From Bigelowiella natans CCMP2755 (taxonomy: Eukaryota; Protista; Cercozoa), in NCBI GenBank assembly GCA_000320545.1, contig ADNK01001855.1, positions 1 to 42,712 of the forward strand: a stretch of 42,712 nucleotides of DNA, given 5' to 3'. Of the stretch, positions 42,501 through 42,712 are shown one piece after another. A program made the position numbers and the translations under genes. How positions within the stretch are numbered: the first letter of the stretch is position 1; each line of letters begins with the position of its first letter. A model generated the notes under the pieces. The model ran no database searches. It was not told where the DNA came from and worked only from the letters and a program-made list of their open reading frames with translations.

Positions 42501-42712
42501 AACACTTCTACGAACGCTTTCAATTACTTCAAATCCCTGAGTGAGTGAGTGAGTGAGTGAGTGAGTAACAATGATGATGATGATGATAATAATAATAATA
42601 ATAATGATAGTAACAGGTTCAATGATCATTGGTATGAATACGGTGATGATGAGTAAGTTTTATTAGTAACAACAACAACAACAACAACAATACCTTGTCT
42701 CGTCAAGAAGAT
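35456..42712 (-). CDS. AGC-family Ser/Thr kinase (p70 S6K-like). Catalytic exons about 39620-35456; long low-complexity N-terminal exons probably continue past the window end
   Basis: Exons read [15 protein letters not shown]|[16 protein letters not shown]|VLRK...|[19 protein letters not shown]|[11 protein letters not shown]|...RFYAAEL|...[11 protein letters not shown]|[12 protein letters not shown]|[12 protein letters not shown]...DWWALG|...IPPFIPK|[10 protein letters not shown], then the hydrophobic motif FHGFSY. Linkage of the exons above 40 kb is inferred. Confidence 0.9.

Overview
This is eukaryotic nuclear DNA: intron-dense, with GT-AG introns (many about 60-150 nt) and abundant microsatellites. 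A signal-peptide plus transit-like leader on a plant-type plastid rhodanese suggests an alga with a complex plastid, such as a chlorarachniophyte (inference). Genes in order: multi-exon PPR protein (-), tRNA-Leu(UAG) (-), a 4-exon LOV-domain/GTP cyclohydrolase II fusion (+), an unidentified helical protein (-), kinesin-7/CENP-E-like motor (-), plastid rhodanese (+), an unknown protein with an N-terminal hydrophobic leader (+), an RI-like LRR protein (-), Rab4 with apparent frameshifts in exon 1 (+), and an AGC (S6K-like) kinase that may run off the window (-). The main highlight is a complete flavin-binding blue-light sensor (LOV) spliced in frame to the first enzyme of riboflavin synthesis. 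The ORF track splits this domain across exons and hides it. Other oddities: CTAG/CATG-saturated islands in the intergenic gaps, a TpA-depleted block with degenerate telomere-like hexamers, triplicated splice acceptors inside the LOV gene, and microsatellites growing directly out of splice sites. Exon models were assembled by eye. The LOV-GCH II junctions were checked base by base; other gene ends are approximate.
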